A stretch of DNA of 64,000 nt, taken from an uncultured Nitrospiraceae bacterium (GTDB lineage Bacteria > Nitrospirota > Thermodesulfovibrionia > Thermodesulfovibrionales > Dissulfurispiraceae). The DNA lies in assembly GCA_963727805.1 (NCBI GenBank), contig CAVSHF010000003.1, positions 1,376,001 through 1,440,000 of the forward strand, in the 5' to 3' direction. Under the pieces are notes generated by a model. That model was not told the origin of the DNA. It saw nothing but the letters and a program-made list of their open reading frames with translations, and did no database searches. Shown piece by piece: positions 30,167 to 42,749 of the stretch (the first letter of the stretch is position 1; every line of letters starts with the position of its first letter). Position numbers and translations under genes: made by a program.

Positions 30167-33100
30167 CTATCCCTCCCTGCTTCTCTTTTTCTCCAGAAGT
30201 TCGACATCAAGGCCGAGGCTCTGGAGCTCTTTTATTAATACATGAAATGATTCAGGAACGCCCGGTTCGAGCACGGGATCGCCTTTAACGATGGCCTCAT
30301 ACATACGCGACCTCCCGCTGATATCATCACTTTTTACCGTCAGGAACTCCTGCAAGGTATGGGCAGCACCATAGGCTTCGAGCGCCCAGACTTCCATCTC
30401 TCCAAGCCTCTGACCGCCGAATTGAGCCTTTCCGCCTAGCGGTTGCTGAGTCACAAGCGAGTAGGGTCCGATAGAGCGTGCGTGTATCTTGTCTGCAACC
30501 AAGTGGTGCAGCTTGAGCATGTACATGCAGCCAACCGTAACCGGCCTTTGGAAAGGCTCTCCTGTCCTGCCATCGGTAAGGTTCATTTGTCCTGATGTAC
30601 GGAAGCCTGCCTTTTTAAGGAGATCCTTAACCTCGCTTTCACGCGCCCCTTCAAAAACAGGAGTGGAGACGTAGATATTATGGTTAACGGCTGCCCATCC
30701 GAGATGGGCCTCCAATATCTGTCCTACATTCATCCTCGACGGAACACCAAGTGGGTTCAATACGATATCCACAGGGCTGCCGTCGGGAAGATAAGGCATC
30801 TCTTCCGCGGGGAGGACCATTGAGACGACACCCTTGTTTCCATGGCGTCCCGCCATTTTGTCCCCCACCTGAATTTTTCTCTTCATCGCTATATAAACTT
30901 TCACTACTTTGTTCACCCCGGGAGGTAATTCATCTCCCTTCTTTACCCGTTCGATCCTCTCATGGTAACGCGTTTCAAGGTAGCGTATGTACTGGCTAAT
31001 CTCTCCGTTTGCCTCATCAATCTTCTCCCTCGAACCGGGGTCGTCGATCTTGATCTTCAGAAGATGGTCATCCTTGACCCTAAGCAGCTGCGCCTCGGTG
31101 AGCTTCTTGCCTTTCGGGCAGACCACTTCCTTGGTCTTCGAATCCTTCACATCCTCAACAACTTTTTGTCCGACAAGAAGCTTTCTGAAACGGGCGGCCT
31201 TCCCTTCTTTAAGTATCTTTATCTCTTCATCAAGATCTCTTTGGAGTCTGACGATGTCGTCTTCTTCGATGCTCTTGGTCCTTACGTCCTTTTCGATACC
31301 CTTCCTCGAAAGGACCCTCACATCGACAATAGTGCCTTCAATGCCCGGAGGAACATAAAGACAGCTTTCTTTGACCTCTTCGGCCTTCTCACCGAAGATA
31401 GCCCTCAGGAGTTTCTCTTCGGGGGTCAGTATGGTTTCTCCTTTCGGGGTGACCTTGCCAACGAGTATATCGCCTGCCTTGATCTCAGCACCGATCCTGA
31501 TAATGCCGCTCTCATCGAGATCCTTAAGAGCCTCTTCCCCGACGTTCGGGATGTCCCTTGTGATTTCCTCCGGACCGAGCTTGGTGTCCCGAGCTTCGAT
31601 CTCGAATTCATCGATGTGTATTGAGGTAAAAACATCATCCACAACCATCTTTTCGTTAATAAGCATAGCGTCTTCAAAATTGTATCCGCCCCAGGGCATG
31701 AACGCAACGATGACATTCTTCCCGAGCGCCAACTCCCCAAATTCAGTTGAGGGACCGTCTGCCAGGATGGCACCTTTTTCGACAGTCTCACCGGGGTTTA
31801 CCGTAGGCTTCTGGTTCATGCATGTTCCCTGATTGGACCTCTGGAATTTAACCAGGCTATAAATGTCAACACCTCCACTTTCTTCGGTTACCCTGACGAC
31901 GATGCGCGAAGAATCGACACTTTCGATCACACCTGCCCTTTTGGCGATAACAAGCCAGCCGGAATCTCTTGCGGCAAAGTGCTCCATACCGGTGCCTACA
32001 ACCGGCGCATCAGGCCGCAAAAGCGGGACCGCCTGTCTCTGCATGTTTGATCCCATAAGGGCTCTGTTAGCATCGTCATTTTCAAGGAACGGAATCAGTG
32101 CTGCTGAAACGCCGACGATCTGCTTCGGCGAAACGTCCATGTACTGGACCTCTTCCGGTGTAAGTATCCTGAAATCATGGCCAACCCTCGCTGACACCGG
32201 GCCAAGCAGATGCCCTTTCTTGTCAAGTGGCGACGTTGCTTCCGCGATAATGAATCCTTCACCTTCCGAAGCAGAAAGATAGACAATCTCGCTGGTGGCC
32301 CTGCCGTTGACGACCTTACGATAAGGAGCCTCGATAAAGCCGAAATCATTGATCTTTGCGTAGCTTGCAAGAGATGTAATCAAGCCGATATTCGGACCTT
32401 CAGGCGTCTCGATAGGGCATATCCTCGCGTAATGCGTCGGATGTACGTCTCTTACCTCGAACCCTGCCCGTTCCCTCGTAAGTCCACCCGGCCCGAGGGC
32501 AGACAATCTTCTTTTATGTGTGATTTCCGAGAGCGGGTTGGTCTGGTCCATGAACTGGCTTAACTGGCTCGATCCGAAGAATTCTTTGACGGCAGCCAGG
32601 ACCGGCTTAGCGTTGATCAGGTCATGGGGCATAGCCGTATCAAGTTCGGTAATGGTCATTTTTTCTTTAATGGCTCGTTCCATGCGGACGAGGCCGATCC
32701 TGAACTGGTTTTCGAGGAGTTCACCAATCCCCCTGACGCGGCGGTTACCGAGGTGATCGATATCGTCCACCTCTCCTTTGCCGGTCCTAAGGTTGAGAAG
32801 ATAGCGCACAATCTCGACAACATCCTTATCGGTTAACACCCTAACGTCGAGAGCGGTGTCAAGACGGAGCTTTTCGTTCACTTTCAAACGTCCTACGGAT
32901 GAAAGATCATAACGCTTGGGATCGAAGAAGAGCCCACTGAAGAGCTCTTTTGCAGCATCTTCGGTCGCGGGCTCACCTGGTCTCAGTTTCTTGTATATTT
33001 CTTTCAATGCATCCTTCTGCGAACCTACCTTGTCTGTAAGTAGTGTCTCCCTGAAGGAGGGTAGATAACTAACATTATCAATAAAGAGAAGACGGAGAGA

Positions 33101-34102
33101 ACTGATCTTGAGAAACGTGATTTTCTGCAGTATGTCTTCCGTCAATTCCTTGTTGCTGTCAAGCACAATCTCGCCTGTTTTGGGATCGACAATATCGCTA
33201 AGGGTGACCCTGCCGACAATTTCGTTTCTCGGGATAGGAATTTCCTTAATTCCGACAGACTCGATCTTCTTGAGGGCAAGCTTAGTAATCTTGCTCCCTT
33301 CCTTTACGATAACTTCCTTGCTGTGAGGAGCTGTAATGCTATATTTAGACCTGATGCCGGAAAGCACGTGGCTTACGACCCTGGTGAAGTTCTCCCGGTC
33401 CTTGATTTTTATCTCTTCGACAGGATAGAAGGTCTTTAGCAAGTCTTCATTGGTATATCCAAGGGCTTTAAGGACAATAGTCGCGGGAAGCTTTCTCCGC
33501 CTGTCGATTCTCACATAGAGGATGTCCTTCGAGTCAAACTCGAAGTCGAGCCATGAGCCTCTCACGGGAATTACCCGCGCGGTATATAAAAGCCTTCCGC
33601 TTGCATGCGTCTTCCCTTTATCTGGAGCGAAATAGACGCCGGGAGAGCGATGCAGCTGGCTAACGATAACCCTTTCAATTCCGTTTATGATAAAGCTACC
33701 CGTATCGGTCATGATCGGCATCTCGCCGATGTAGACTTCCTGCCCTCTCGATTCCTTCAATATCTTATTGTCTTTTTCGTCCTTTTCCCAGATGTTAAGT
33801 TTGACTTTGATCTTGAGCGGGGCAGCATAGGTAACGCCCTTAAGTATGCATTCGCGGGGAGATACCTTCGGCTCCCCGAGCACGTAGGAAATGAACTCAA
33901 TTGAGGTCGTGTCGTTATAGTCATTGATCGGAAAGACGCTGTTAAATGCAGCCTGCAGCCCCTCATCCAGCCTCTTTTCGTATGGTTCATCCTTCTGGAG
34001 AAACCGGTCGAAGGACTTCTTCTGGAATTCTACGAGATAGGGCACCCCTAATACGGGAGGTACCTTTCCGAAATTCATTCGCTCTCTTAAAAGCTTTGCC
34101 AT
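30167..34102 (-). CDS. rpoB: RNA polymerase beta subunit
   Basis: [30 protein letters not shown]. Confidence 0.99.
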   Translation of the reverse strand: MAKLLRERMNFGKVPPVLGVPYLVEFQKKSFDRFLQKDEPYEKRLDEGLQAAFNSVFPINDYNDTTSIEFISYVLGEPKVSPRECILKGVTYAAPLKIKVKLNIWEKDEKDNKILKESRGQEVYIGEMPIMTDTGSFIINGIERVIVSQLHRSPGVYFAPDKGKTHASGRLLYTARVIPVRGSWLDFEFDSKDILYVRIDRRRKLPATIVLKALGYTNEDLLKTFYPVEEIKIKDRENFTRVVSHVLSGIRSKYSITAPHSKEVIVKEGSKITKLALKKIESVGIKEIPIPRNEIVGRVTLSDIVDPKTGEIVLDSNKELTEDILQKITFLKISSLRLLFIDNVSYLPSFRETLLTDKVGSQKDALKEIYKKLRPGEPATEDAAKELFSGLFFDPKRYDLSSVGRLKVNEKLRLDTALDVRVLTDKDVVEIVRYLLNLRTGKGEVDDIDHLGNRRVRGIGELLENQFRIGLVRMERAIKEKMTITELDTAMPHDLINAKPVLAAVKEFFGSSQLSQFMDQTNPLSEITHKRRLSALGPGGLTRERAGFEVRDVHPTHYARICPIETPEGPNIGLITSLASYAKINDFGFIEAPYRKVVNGRATSEIVYLSASEGEGFIIAEATSPLDKKGHLLGPVSARVGHDFRILTPEEVQYMDVSPKQIVGVSAALIPFLENDDANRALMGSNMQRQAVPLLRPDAPVVGTGMEHFAARDSGWLVIAKRAGVIESVDSSRIVVRVTEESGGVDIYSLVKFQRSNQGTCMNQKPTVNPGETVEKGAILADGPSTEFGELALGKNVIVAFMPWGGYNFEDAMLINEKMVVDDVFTSIHIDEFEIEARDTKLGPEEITRDIPNVGEEALKDLDESGIIRIGAEIKAGDILVGKVTPKGETILTPEEKLLRAIFGEKAEEVKESCLYVPPGIEGTIVDVRVLSRKGIEKDVRTKSIEEDDIVRLQRDLDEEIKILKEGKAARFRKLLVGQKVVEDVKDSKTKEVVCPKGKKLTEAQLLRVKDDHLLKIKIDDPGSREKIDEANGEISQYIRYLETRYHERIERVKKGDELPPGVNKVVKVYIAMKRKIQVGDKMAGRHGNKGVVSMVLPAEEMPYLPDGSPVDIVLNPLGVPSRMNVGQILEAHLGWAAVNHNIYVSTPVFEGARESEVKDLLKKAGFRTSGQMNLTDGRTGEPFQRPVTVGCMYMLKLHHLVADKIHARSIGPYSLVTQQPLGGKAQFGGQRLGEMEVWALEAYGAAHTLQEFLTVKSDDISGRSRMYEAIVKGDPVLEPGVPESFHVLIKELQSLGLDVELLEKKRSREG

Positions 34103-34207
34103 AGCTCTCCTTAAATATAGTTAATGGGTTGCAACGTTATCGAGTCGATGGATGAAAGAATCATTGCTGTCTTCTTCCACCCATCGCCCCATGTTCCCAT
34201 TGACGCT

Positions 34208-34585
34208 TTACTTGACCTCGACTTTTGCTCCTTCAGCTTCAAGTTTGGCCTTGACCGAATCAGCTTCTTCCTTGGAGACGCCGGCCTTGACAGCCTTGGG
34301 CGCCCCGTCGACGAGGTCTTTCGCCTCTTTAAGGCCAAGCCCAGTAAGCTCTCTGACGACCTTGATGACCTGAATCTTCTTGTCACCGGCAGCCATAAGG
34401 ACTACATCAAAACTCGTCTTCTCCTCGGCTGCAACGGGAGCGGCGGCGGCGGGAGCAGCCGCGACGGCAGCAGGAGCGGCTGCAGTAACACCATATCTCT
34501 CCTCGAATTCCTTGATAAACTGCGACATATCTAGGATGGTCATATTATCGATAAAACTAAAAACATCTTCCTTGGTAATAGCCAT
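34208..34585 (-). CDS. rplL: 50S ribosomal protein L7/L12
   Basis: Ala-rich hinge, [19 protein letters not shown]. Confidence 0.98.
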   Translation of the reverse strand: MAITKEDVFSFIDNMTILDMSQFIKEFEERYGVTAAAPAAVAAAPAAAAPVAAEEKTSFDVVLMAAGDKKIQVIKVVRELTGLGLKEAKDLVDGAPKAVKAGVSKEEADSVKAKLEAEGAKVEVK

Positions 34586-34614
34586 GTATCTGTTCCCTCC
34601 TTTAATTTGAAACG

Positions 34615-35136
34615 TTATTGGGTTTTTTGGTTTTTAACTGCTTGAAGCGCGTAAGCAAACTGAACCACGGTGGCGTTCAACGCTCGGGCCAGCTTCGCAG
34701 CAGGCGCCTGGAAGGCCCCGGCGAGAATGCTGAGAAGAACCGTCTTAGAAGGCAGCTTAGAAATCTCCCTGATCTCATCAGTCGAATAGAACTTGCCATC
34801 GATGACACCGCTCTTCACCTTAAACTTATCATTCTTGCCGGCAAATTCAAGGACCTTTTTGGCAGCCGCCACCGGGTCATCATAGCCGAAAGCAAGACCC
34901 GTTGGTCCCGTCAGAACGTCCTTGGCGGCCTCGTATGCCGTTCCCTTTGCTGCCATCAGAACAAGCGTATTCTTGAAGACCTTGTACTCGGCGCCTGCCT
35001 CTTTCAGGTTTTTGCGTAGATGAGCGATCTGCGCAACCGTTAGCCCCTTGTATTCAGTAAACACAACGGCCTTCGATTTGGATAATTTCTCCGTTAAGTC
35101 CGCAAGCTGTTTGGATTTTTTCTCTTTGGTAATCAG
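34615..35136 (-). CDS. rplJ: 50S ribosomal protein L10 (probable CTG start)
   Basis: YKGLTV, KVFKNTL, LTGPT, KLPS motifs; AAAGGAGG SD 6 nt before CTG at 35136. Confidence 0.95.
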   Translation of the reverse strand: MITKEKKSKQLADLTEKLSKSKAVVFTEYKGLTVAQIAHLRKNLKEAGAEYKVFKNTLVLMAAKGTAYEAAKDVLTGPTGLAFGYDDPVAAAKKVLEFAGKNDKFKVKSGVIDGKFYSTDEIREISKLPSKTVLLSILAGAFQAPAAKLARALNATVVQFAYALQAVKNQKTQ

Positions 35137-35149
35137 AATGATCCTCCTT

Positions 35150-35355
35150 TCCCAGAGACTGCGTTGAGCAGGTAGCGATTGTCGTGCCACGGGTACAATG
35201 AAATCGAATCACTGCATGACATCCCGTGTTCTTCTTTACCACCGTCTCGGCAGGTGGGGACTCCCCCATTAAACAAGTAACAGGACGATGCGAATCCTAG
35301 TTCCATCAAGTATTCACACGGCCGATTACTAATACTGTACCTACTGTCTCTGACG
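35150..35355 (-). promoter_or_regulatory. Ribosomal protein L10 leader (autogenous regulatory RNA)
   Basis: Minus strand GTCAGAGACAGTAGG...TTTAAT GGGG-GAGT-CCCC ACCTGCCGAGACGGT, matching the L10 leader AGAC.GYAGG...TTAA...CCTRC.NAGA layout, between rplA and rplJ. Confidence 0.75.
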
Positions 35356-35440
35356 CTGTAATTACAGGCAAAGCCTGTTATATCAAAGGAAACTCCGTCT
35401 GCACCGCTAGACACTATGTTCAACGCAGGCAGAGCACCCT

Positions 35441-36130
35441 TTATGCAATTCTTAATTTTGCCACATCCAGTTTCAGGCCCGGCCCCATCGTCGATGAGAC
35501 TGTGACCTTCTTTATATATTTGCCTTTCGATGCCGCCGGTTTCGCCTTTGAGATCGATTTCATCACCGCAACTGCATTATCGACAAGTTTTTCCTTTTCA
35601 AACGAGGCCTTTCCGATGGGCACATGAATGATGCCGGCCTTTTCAGTCCTGTACTCAACCTTACCGGCTTTAATCTCTTTGACGGCCTTGGCGATATCGA
35701 AAGTGACTGTGCCAAGCTTCGGGTTTGGCATGAGACCTCTGGGTCCGAGAACCTTCCCGAGCTTTCCCACAAGACCCATGACATCTGGGGTTGCCACAGC
35801 CTTGTCGAAGTCCAGCCATCCCTTTTGGATCTTCTCGACGAGGTCTTCGGCCCCGACAAAATCAGCCCCGGCATCCCTCGCCTCTTTTTCCTTCTCGCCT
35901 TTGGCAAAAACGAGAACCCTCACAGTCTTTCCCGTGCCGTGGGGTAGAACGACAGTGCCTCGTACCATCTGATCAGACTTTCTCGGGTCTACTCCGAGGT
36001 TAAAGGCCATATCCACCGTTTCGTCAAATTTGGCATAAACGCTTTCCTTCACAACCGCGAGGGCCTCTTCAAGGACATATTCGTTATTTACATCAATCTT
36101 CGCCATCATATTGTCATACTTCTTACCCAT
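35441..36130 (-). CDS. rplA: 50S ribosomal protein L1
   Basis: [38 protein letters not shown]. Start set to MGKK. Confidence 0.98.
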   Translation of the reverse strand: MGKKYDNMMAKIDVNNEYVLEEALAVVKESVYAKFDETVDMAFNLGVDPRKSDQMVRGTVVLPHGTGKTVRVLVFAKGEKEKEARDAGADFVGAEDLVEKIQKGWLDFDKAVATPDVMGLVGKLGKVLGPRGLMPNPKLGTVTFDIAKAVKEIKAGKVEYRTEKAGIIHVPIGKASFEKEKLVDNAVAVMKSISKAKPAASKGKYIKKVTVSSTMGPGLKLDVAKLRIA

Positions 36131-36140
36131 CGTCGTCTCC

Positions 36141-36569
36141 TTAATCCTTGATATCAACGCCCATGCTCCGCGCCGTGCCCTTGATGATCATCTCAGCGGC
36201 TTCGATGGACGTCGTGTTGAGGTCAGGAAGCTTTGTCTTTGCTATTTCCTTAACCTGAGCATTTGTGATCGCACCCACTTTCTCCTTATTCGGAACCCCA
36301 GAGCCCTTGACAACTCCTGCCGCCTTCTTGATAAGCTCGGAGGCTGGAGGCGTCTTGAGTATAAAGGTGAAGGACCTGTCGTTGTAGATGCTCAGCACCG
36401 CAGGCACAAGAGTGTCACCCATTTTCTGGGTCTGGGCATTGAACTGTTTACAGAACTCCATAATATTAATTCCGTGTGGGCCGAGGGCTGGTCCAACAGG
36501 CGGCGCAGGATTAGCCTTCCCCGCAGGGATAACAAGTTTAACTAGTGCTACTACCTCTTTCTTAGCCAT
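36141..36569 (-). CDS. rplK: 50S ribosomal protein L11
   Basis: [26 protein letters not shown]. Confidence 0.98.
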   Translation of the reverse strand: MAKKEVVALVKLVIPAGKANPAPPVGPALGPHGINIMEFCKQFNAQTQKMGDTLVPAVLSIYNDRSFTFILKTPPASELIKKAAGVVKGSGVPNKEKVGAITNAQVKEIAKTKLPDLNTTSIEAAEMIIKGTARSMGVDIKD

Positions 36570-36672
36570 CTATTTCCTCCTCATCGAGTTCGGGAGTTAC
36601 AGAATTAAAGCATCATGGAGTTTCTAACTCCTCACCTCTTCAACCCTTTAACTCTTTATCTTAATTTTACAA

Positions 36673-37197
36673 TCATGCCTTTTCAGCTTGCGCGAATGAA
36701 AGTTCGACAGGCGTCTGCCTGCCGAAGATGCTCACCATCACCTTGAGTCTGCCGTGGTCCATATCGACGTCGTCGATATACCCGACAAAATTCGTAAAAG
36801 GACCATCGGTAATCCTAACGTTTTCTCCCTTTTCGAAGTGGGTCTTAACAACAGGAGCAGGGCCCTTTTCAAGCTGCTGAATGATGACATCGACTTCCTC
36901 CTCGGGTATCGCCACGGGCTTGGTGCCACCAACAAATCCGGTAACTCGAAGAGTATTCTTTATCAGATACCAAGTCTCGTCATCAAGTTCCATCTCGACG
37001 AGTATATAGCCGGGATAAAACTTCCTGTCGCTTTCCCTCTTCTTTTTACCGCGAATCTCGATAACCTTTTCGGACGGTATGAGTATCCGACCTATACTCT
37101 CTTCAATACCCTTCAGCCTAGCCTTTTCTTCAATTGCCAGTTTGACTTTCTCTTCGAATCCCGAATACGTATGAACTACATACCAGTTTTTCCCCAT
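36673..37197 (-). CDS. nusG: Transcription factor NusG
   Basis: WYVVHTYSGFE, PGYILVEM, KOW motif DGPF, IFGRQTPVEL. Confidence 0.98.
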   Translation of the reverse strand: MGKNWYVVHTYSGFEEKVKLAIEEKARLKGIEESIGRILIPSEKVIEIRGKKKRESDRKFYPGYILVEMELDDETWYLIKNTLRVTGFVGGTKPVAIPEEEVDVIIQQLEKGPAPVVKTHFEKGENVRITDGPFTNFVGYIDDVDMDHGRLKVMVSIFGRQTPVELSFAQAEKA

Positions 37198-37201
37198 CGC
37201 C

Positions 37202-37390
37202 CTACCTTAAGATCATATAGTTGACCAGCTTGCCGAGGCTGAAATCGATCATGCCGAGAAAGACCGATATAAAAAGCACCGTCACGATAACAACCCATGT
37301 CGAGCCGATGAGATCATCTTTCGAAGGATAGTTGACCTTCGCTGCTTCGACCTTCACTTCTCTAAAAAAATTCCTGATGCGCTGTATCAT
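37202..37390 (-). CDS. secE: Preprotein translocase subunit SecE
   Basis: FFREVKVE..KVNYPS + single TM; between tRNA-Trp and nusG. Confidence 0.92.
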   Translation of the reverse strand: MIQRIRNFFREVKVEAAKVNYPSKDDLIGSTWVVIVTVLFISVFLGMIDFSLGKLVNYMILR

Positions 37391-37423
37391 TGCCGTCCCC
37401 TTCCGCAGGCACTCGCTCAAAAA

Positions 37424-37500
37424 TGGCAGGCCAGGAGGGATTTGAACCCCCAACCCTCGGATTTGGAGTCCGATGCTCTAGCCGTTAGAGCTACTGGCCT
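37424..37500 (-). tRNA. tRNA-Trp(CCA)
   Basis: AGGCCAGTAGCTC..CTCCAAA..GTTCAAATC..CTGGCCTGCCA. Confidence 0.95.
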
Positions 37501-37651
37501 ATGCCTTAGTCTCCTTATGCGGTGTATGTTTTCTGCATTTCCTGCAGTACTTGCTGCGTTGCAGCTTATCCGGCGTATTCTTTTTGTTCTTCATAGTCGA
37601 GTAATTCTTGTTCTTGCACTCTGTGCACGAAAAAAGTATTATTTCTCTCAT
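37499..37651 (-). CDS. rpmG: 50S ribosomal protein L33 (zinc-binding form)
   Basis: Below the ORF-track cutoff; hand translation [50 protein letters not shown]. Confidence 0.96.
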   Translation of the reverse strand: MREIILFSCTECKNKNYSTMKNKKNTPDKLQRSKYCRKCRKHTPHKETKA

Positions 37652-37654
37652 TGT

Positions 37655-38854
<1,200 letters not shown>

Positions 38855-38922
38855 TTCTCCTCCTTACGAACTCAAACTTCTCTAATTCGCTAAAAGTTTA
38901 TTACGTCAACAACCTTTTTCAA

Positions 38923-38995
38923 AGCCCATGACCGGAATCGAACCGGTGACCTCATCCTTACCAAGGATGTGCTCTGCCGACTGAGCTACATGGGC
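38923..38995 (-). tRNA. tRNA-Thr(GGT), CCA not encoded
   Basis: GCCCATGTAGCTCAG..TTGGTAA..GTTCGATTC..CATGGGCT. Confidence 0.94.
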
Positions 38996-39059
38996 ACCAG
39001 TCCCGTGATGTGAATTCGACGATGCAATTTTGCACATCATCCATTATCCGTTACGTGTA

Positions 39060-39134
39060 TGGAGCGGGAAACGGGATTCGAACCCGCGACCCTCAGCTTG
39101 GAAGGCTGACGCTCTACCACTGAGCTACTCCCGC
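39060..39134 (-). tRNA. tRNA-Gly(TCC)
   Basis: GCGGGAGTAGCTCAG..CTTCCAA..GTTCGAATC..TCCCGCTCCA. Confidence 0.95.
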
Positions 39135-39182
39135 ATCTACTCACTTCCTTATCTTCTGCACTTCCGCACTATAAACTATTTA

Positions 39183-39267
39183 TGGTGGAGAGGGAAGGAT
39201 TCGAACCTTCGAAGGCAGAGCCAGCGGGTTTACAGCCCGTCCCCTTTGGCCACTTGGGTACCTCTCC
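39183..39267 (-). tRNA. tRNA-Tyr(GTA)
   Basis: GGAGAGGTACCCAAGTGG..CTGTAAA..variable arm..GTTCGAATC..CTCTCCACCA. Confidence 0.95.
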
Positions 39268-39360
39268 TCTTTCAAAGTAAGAAGTAGAAAAATGGGAGGA
39301 AATTCTCTTTCCCATACCTGTCTTTTTCACTTCTCCCTTCTCACACGCTACTTTCTCTGA

Positions 39361-39433
39361 AGCCACCGAAGGGATTCGAACCCCCGACCCACTGATTACA
39401 AATCAGTAGCTCTGCCAGCTGAGCTACGGTGGC
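39361..39433 (-). tRNA. tRNA-Thr(TGT), CCA not encoded
   Basis: GCCACCGTAGCTCAG..TTTGTAA..GTTCGAATC..CGGTGGCT. Confidence 0.94.
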
Positions 39434-39444
39434 GTCAACTTATT

Positions 39445-39474
39445 AATATAAAGGCGATATTATATAATTGTCAA
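39445..39474 (-). promoter_or_regulatory. Sigma-70 promoter of the tRNA-tuf operon
   Basis: Minus strand TTGACA-18 nt-TATATT ending 11 nt before tRNA-Thr(TGT). Confidence 0.7.
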
Positions 39475-39558
39475 CCAAAATATTGCAACAACAACTGATA
39501 GAAAAGACAACTTTTTCTGCTTTATGCGCCTTGCGCTGCGCGATCTAGTCGATCAGCT

Positions 39559-40443
39559 TTACGATATGACCTTGTTTAACGGGTACTCAACGATACCCGA
39601 TGCCCCAGCGGCCTTGAGCTTGGGAATGAGATCACGGACCCGGCCTTCATTCGTAATAACCTCAAAGGCATGCCATCCCTTGTCGGAAAGTGGGGAGATA
39701 GTAGGGGAATGCATGGCCGCAAGGAGACTCAGCACTTTTTTGTATGCACTTTCAGGAACATTCATCTTGAGACCCACTTTTTCCTCAGCAGCGAGCGCAC
39801 CTTTGAGCAAAAGGGCAATGTTTTCCATTTTCTGGCGCTTCCACTTGTCCTTCCAAGCCATTTTATGGGCAACAAATCGCGTGGAGGACTCGATAATGGT
39901 CTCAACAATCCGCAGATTGTTGGCCTTGAGAGACGTACCGGTCTCGGTCAACTCAACGATGGCATCGGCCAGATACGGAGGTTTCACTTCCGTTGCGCCC
40001 CATGAGAAATCAACCTCGGCAGTGACACCTTTTGACTTGAGGTACCTCTTCGTATACCCGACAAGTTCTGTAGCGACCCTCTTACCCTGTAGGTCCTTGA
40101 TGCTCTTGATCTTGGAATCCATCGGGACCGCAACTACCCATCTCACCGGCCTGAATCCTTCTTTGCCGTATTGCAGTTCCGCTACCTCGACGACATCGGC
40201 ATTCTGTTCCCTGATCCAGTCGAATCCGGTTAGACCGCAGTCAAGATGCCCGTTTTCCACATACCTGGCCATTTCCTGGGCACGAATGAGCATGGATTGT
40301 ATTTCAGGATCATCAAAGACAGGATAGTAAGAACGGGAGGACACTGAAATGTGGTAGCCCGCCTTCCTAAAAAGTCGCAAAGTCGCCTCCTGAAGGCTGC
40401 CTTTGGGAAGGCCGAGTTTCAGTGAATTCTTTTTATTATTCAT
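39559..40443 (-). CDS. hisG: ATP phosphoribosyltransferase (long form)
   Basis: [36 protein letters not shown]-terminal regulatory domain (SPTIS). Confidence 0.95.
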   Translation of the reverse strand: MNNKKNSLKLGLPKGSLQEATLRLFRKAGYHISVSSRSYYPVFDDPEIQSMLIRAQEMARYVENGHLDCGLTGFDWIREQNADVVEVAELQYGKEGFRPVRWVVAVPMDSKIKSIKDLQGKRVATELVGYTKRYLKSKGVTAEVDFSWGATEVKPPYLADAIVELTETGTSLKANNLRIVETIIESSTRFVAHKMAWKDKWKRQKMENIALLLKGALAAEEKVGLKMNVPESAYKKVLSLLAAMHSPTISPLSDKGWHAFEVITNEGRVRDLIPKLKAAGASGIVEYPLNKVIS

Positions 40444-40631
40444 AGGTCGATCCCCTCGTTGAGCTGTCGATATACCTAATGGTAAGACGTTTATAATAAA
40501 TAGTTTGGCCCATCAAAGTCAATTCGACGTTGATAGCAGCCGAGCTTTCACATTGTTCACTGCGATTGAAAAGACCTGCCCAATATACGAAATGGAATGC
40601 CGACTTGTTATAGTCCCGGTCACCTAATATG

Positions 40632-40663
40632 AAAAAAAGGGGACGGAAGTTCCGTCCCCTTTT
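40632..40663 (-). terminator. Rho-independent (possibly bidirectional) terminator after cooS
   Basis: AAAAGGGGACGGAA-CT-TCCGTCCCC-TTTTTTT on the minus strand. Confidence 0.88.
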
Positions 40664-40689
40664 GAAGCAGTTGCCAGCAGCTGAAAGCT

Positions 40690-42690
40690 CTAGAATCCCA
40701 GATGCGGTTTGGCGCCCTTTTCAATGTCACGACGGGCGGCCATGTCCATCAGAACCTTTTCAGTCCCGAATTTGCCGTATTCGTATTTTCTGAGCTTCAA
40801 CTCCGCTCTTGCCTTGTCAATGAAACCGAGAGTCATCTCAAGAATCTTCTCGACCTTCGGCTCAAATACGAAACAACCCTTGAACCGCTCCATCCAGACG
40901 TTTGTCATAAGGTCGGTAACGCCCGGCGCCGCCGAGAAGATATTTTCGCCGCCAAAGATTACCGGCACACCGGATGCGGCGACGTAACATGCAATCGCAA
41001 TGGCCTTTTCCGACATCCACTCAGGAGCGATACCGACAGCGGGCATTCCGCCAATCTCGTCGGAGAGTCCGCCCTCAGCTGCCATGGCGCTTGCAATGGT
41101 GAGTATCCTCGAGTTATCGACGCAAGAACCCAAGGCGAGGATCGGCGGCATACCCGTGGTTTCGCAGACCTGTCGAAGACCGGGGCCAGCCAGTTCGTAA
41201 GCAGCTTCCGGGGTCATATACCCTGCCATGCCGCAGGCATGCGAGCCGCAACCCGTTGTGATAACGAGAACATCTTGCTTGATCAACTCGGTAATCAAGA
41301 ACTTGTGGTTGGCCGTTGCAGGAAACCTAGTATTGTCGCATCCCACAACTGCCGCGACACCACGAATTCTTCCCGACATGATGGCATCGTTCAAAGGCCT
41401 GAATGATGCCCTCCACTTTCCGCCAAGCATGTATTCGATATATTCATGGGAGAAGCCAGTGACCATCGTATGCTTGTCCGCCTTCCCGCGGTAGCCCTCT
41501 TTAGTCCTGTTCGGGAAATTATCAATTGCGACCTTGATGATCGAACGGGCCAGCTCTTTGGCTTTGGTTTCATCGACCATAGGCATATGAATAGCTCCCG
41601 GCATCTGCGCCTTGACCGAGGTGGTGATGATCTTGGTATGGAACTTTTTAGCCACGTCCGCAACAGCCGGCATGATGCACTGGACATCGACAGTCATTGC
41701 ATCAACCATGCCGGTCAGGATTGCCAACTCCTGATTAGTAAAGCCTCCCAGCGTCGATATTCCATGCCTGACCAGTATCTCATTGGCAGTGCAGCACATG
41801 CCGGTGAGGTTAACGCCCTTGGCGCCCTTCGACTTGGCATAGTTAACAATCTCGGGTTCGGTCGATACCTCGACAAATTTTTCTGCCAAGTTGGGTTCGT
41901 GCCCGTGCACGACGACATTGACCATGTCGTCTTCAAATACTCCAAAATCCGCACGTGCCCTTAGCGGTTTCGGGGTGCCATAAAGGATATCAGTGACATC
42001 CGTAGCGATCATGGAACCCGCCCAGCCATCACCCAGTGCAGTCTTAAGACCTGTATTCAGCAGACTATCGGCATCAAGGTCAACACCAGTATGGGTCCTA
42101 TGCATCGCCTCGATAACCTCACGCTGAACTCCTCTGGGAACGATGTTATACTTTCTCCATCTCTCAAGGGTTTTCGCCGGAGCACGCTTGGCATAATTAA
42201 TCTCACCGCTCTGGCGTGTAAAGTCTTCAATGAGTTTATGTGCCACATCTTTTGCGACATCGTTTACAGGTCTTCCCTCAAATTCTATTTCGAGGATGCC
42301 GGCCACTTTATAAAGCTTTCTCACATCCTTGATCTCGAAATCTTTGGTATGCCCTTCGGCGACGGCAAGCAGCAGCATGGCCATGTCGAGACCATGGTCA
42401 GAATGAGCCGACGTGCCGGCAGCTATCATCCTTACTAAGTTTCTGGCAGCGACAGTATCGGTGGTAGCGCCGCATATACCTTTAGCATCTTCCTTGCTCG
42501 TGAGCCTGCAGGGACCCATGCTGCAGTTCTTGCAACAGGCACCGGTATGCCCGATCGGACAGGGTTTCATTTTTTCGGACCGATCGAAACACGTTTCAAT
42601 TCCTCTCTCTTCAGCCCACTGCAATATCTTTTCTGCGTCGGGATTCGCAGGTCTTACTTTGGCTTTCTTTTTCTCTTCTTTTTTCTCCAT
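40690..42690 (-). CDS. cooS: Anaerobic Ni-CO dehydrogenase catalytic subunit (AcsA/CooS)
   Basis: CPIG..GACCKNCSMGPC, AHSDH, HGHEP, MCCTANE, VDVQC, VGCDN, TGCG, GSCVDN, EWMSEKA. Confidence 0.96.
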   Translation of the reverse strand: MEKKEEKKKAKVRPANPDAEKILQWAEERGIETCFDRSEKMKPCPIGHTGACCKNCSMGPCRLTSKEDAKGICGATTDTVAARNLVRMIAAGTSAHSDHGLDMAMLLLAVAEGHTKDFEIKDVRKLYKVAGILEIEFEGRPVNDVAKDVAHKLIEDFTRQSGEINYAKRAPAKTLERWRKYNIVPRGVQREVIEAMHRTHTGVDLDADSLLNTGLKTALGDGWAGSMIATDVTDILYGTPKPLRARADFGVFEDDMVNVVVHGHEPNLAEKFVEVSTEPEIVNYAKSKGAKGVNLTGMCCTANEILVRHGISTLGGFTNQELAILTGMVDAMTVDVQCIMPAVADVAKKFHTKIITTSVKAQMPGAIHMPMVDETKAKELARSIIKVAIDNFPNRTKEGYRGKADKHTMVTGFSHEYIEYMLGGKWRASFRPLNDAIMSGRIRGVAAVVGCDNTRFPATANHKFLITELIKQDVLVITTGCGSHACGMAGYMTPEAAYELAGPGLRQVCETTGMPPILALGSCVDNSRILTIASAMAAEGGLSDEIGGMPAVGIAPEWMSEKAIAIACYVAASGVPVIFGGENIFSAAPGVTDLMTNVWMERFKGCFVFEPKVEKILEMTLGFIDKARAELKLRKYEYGKFGTEKVLMDMAARRDIEKGAKPHLGF

Positions 42691-42749
42691 TTATTCCTCC
42701 ACTGAACAGGTTATTACGGTTTAAATCTTACATCCTACTCGTTCTACTA

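Noticed and set aside
35054..35423. ORFs 35054..35269 and 35133..35423 between rplA and rplJ
   Set aside because: They overlap the L10 leader RNA and have no protein-like features.
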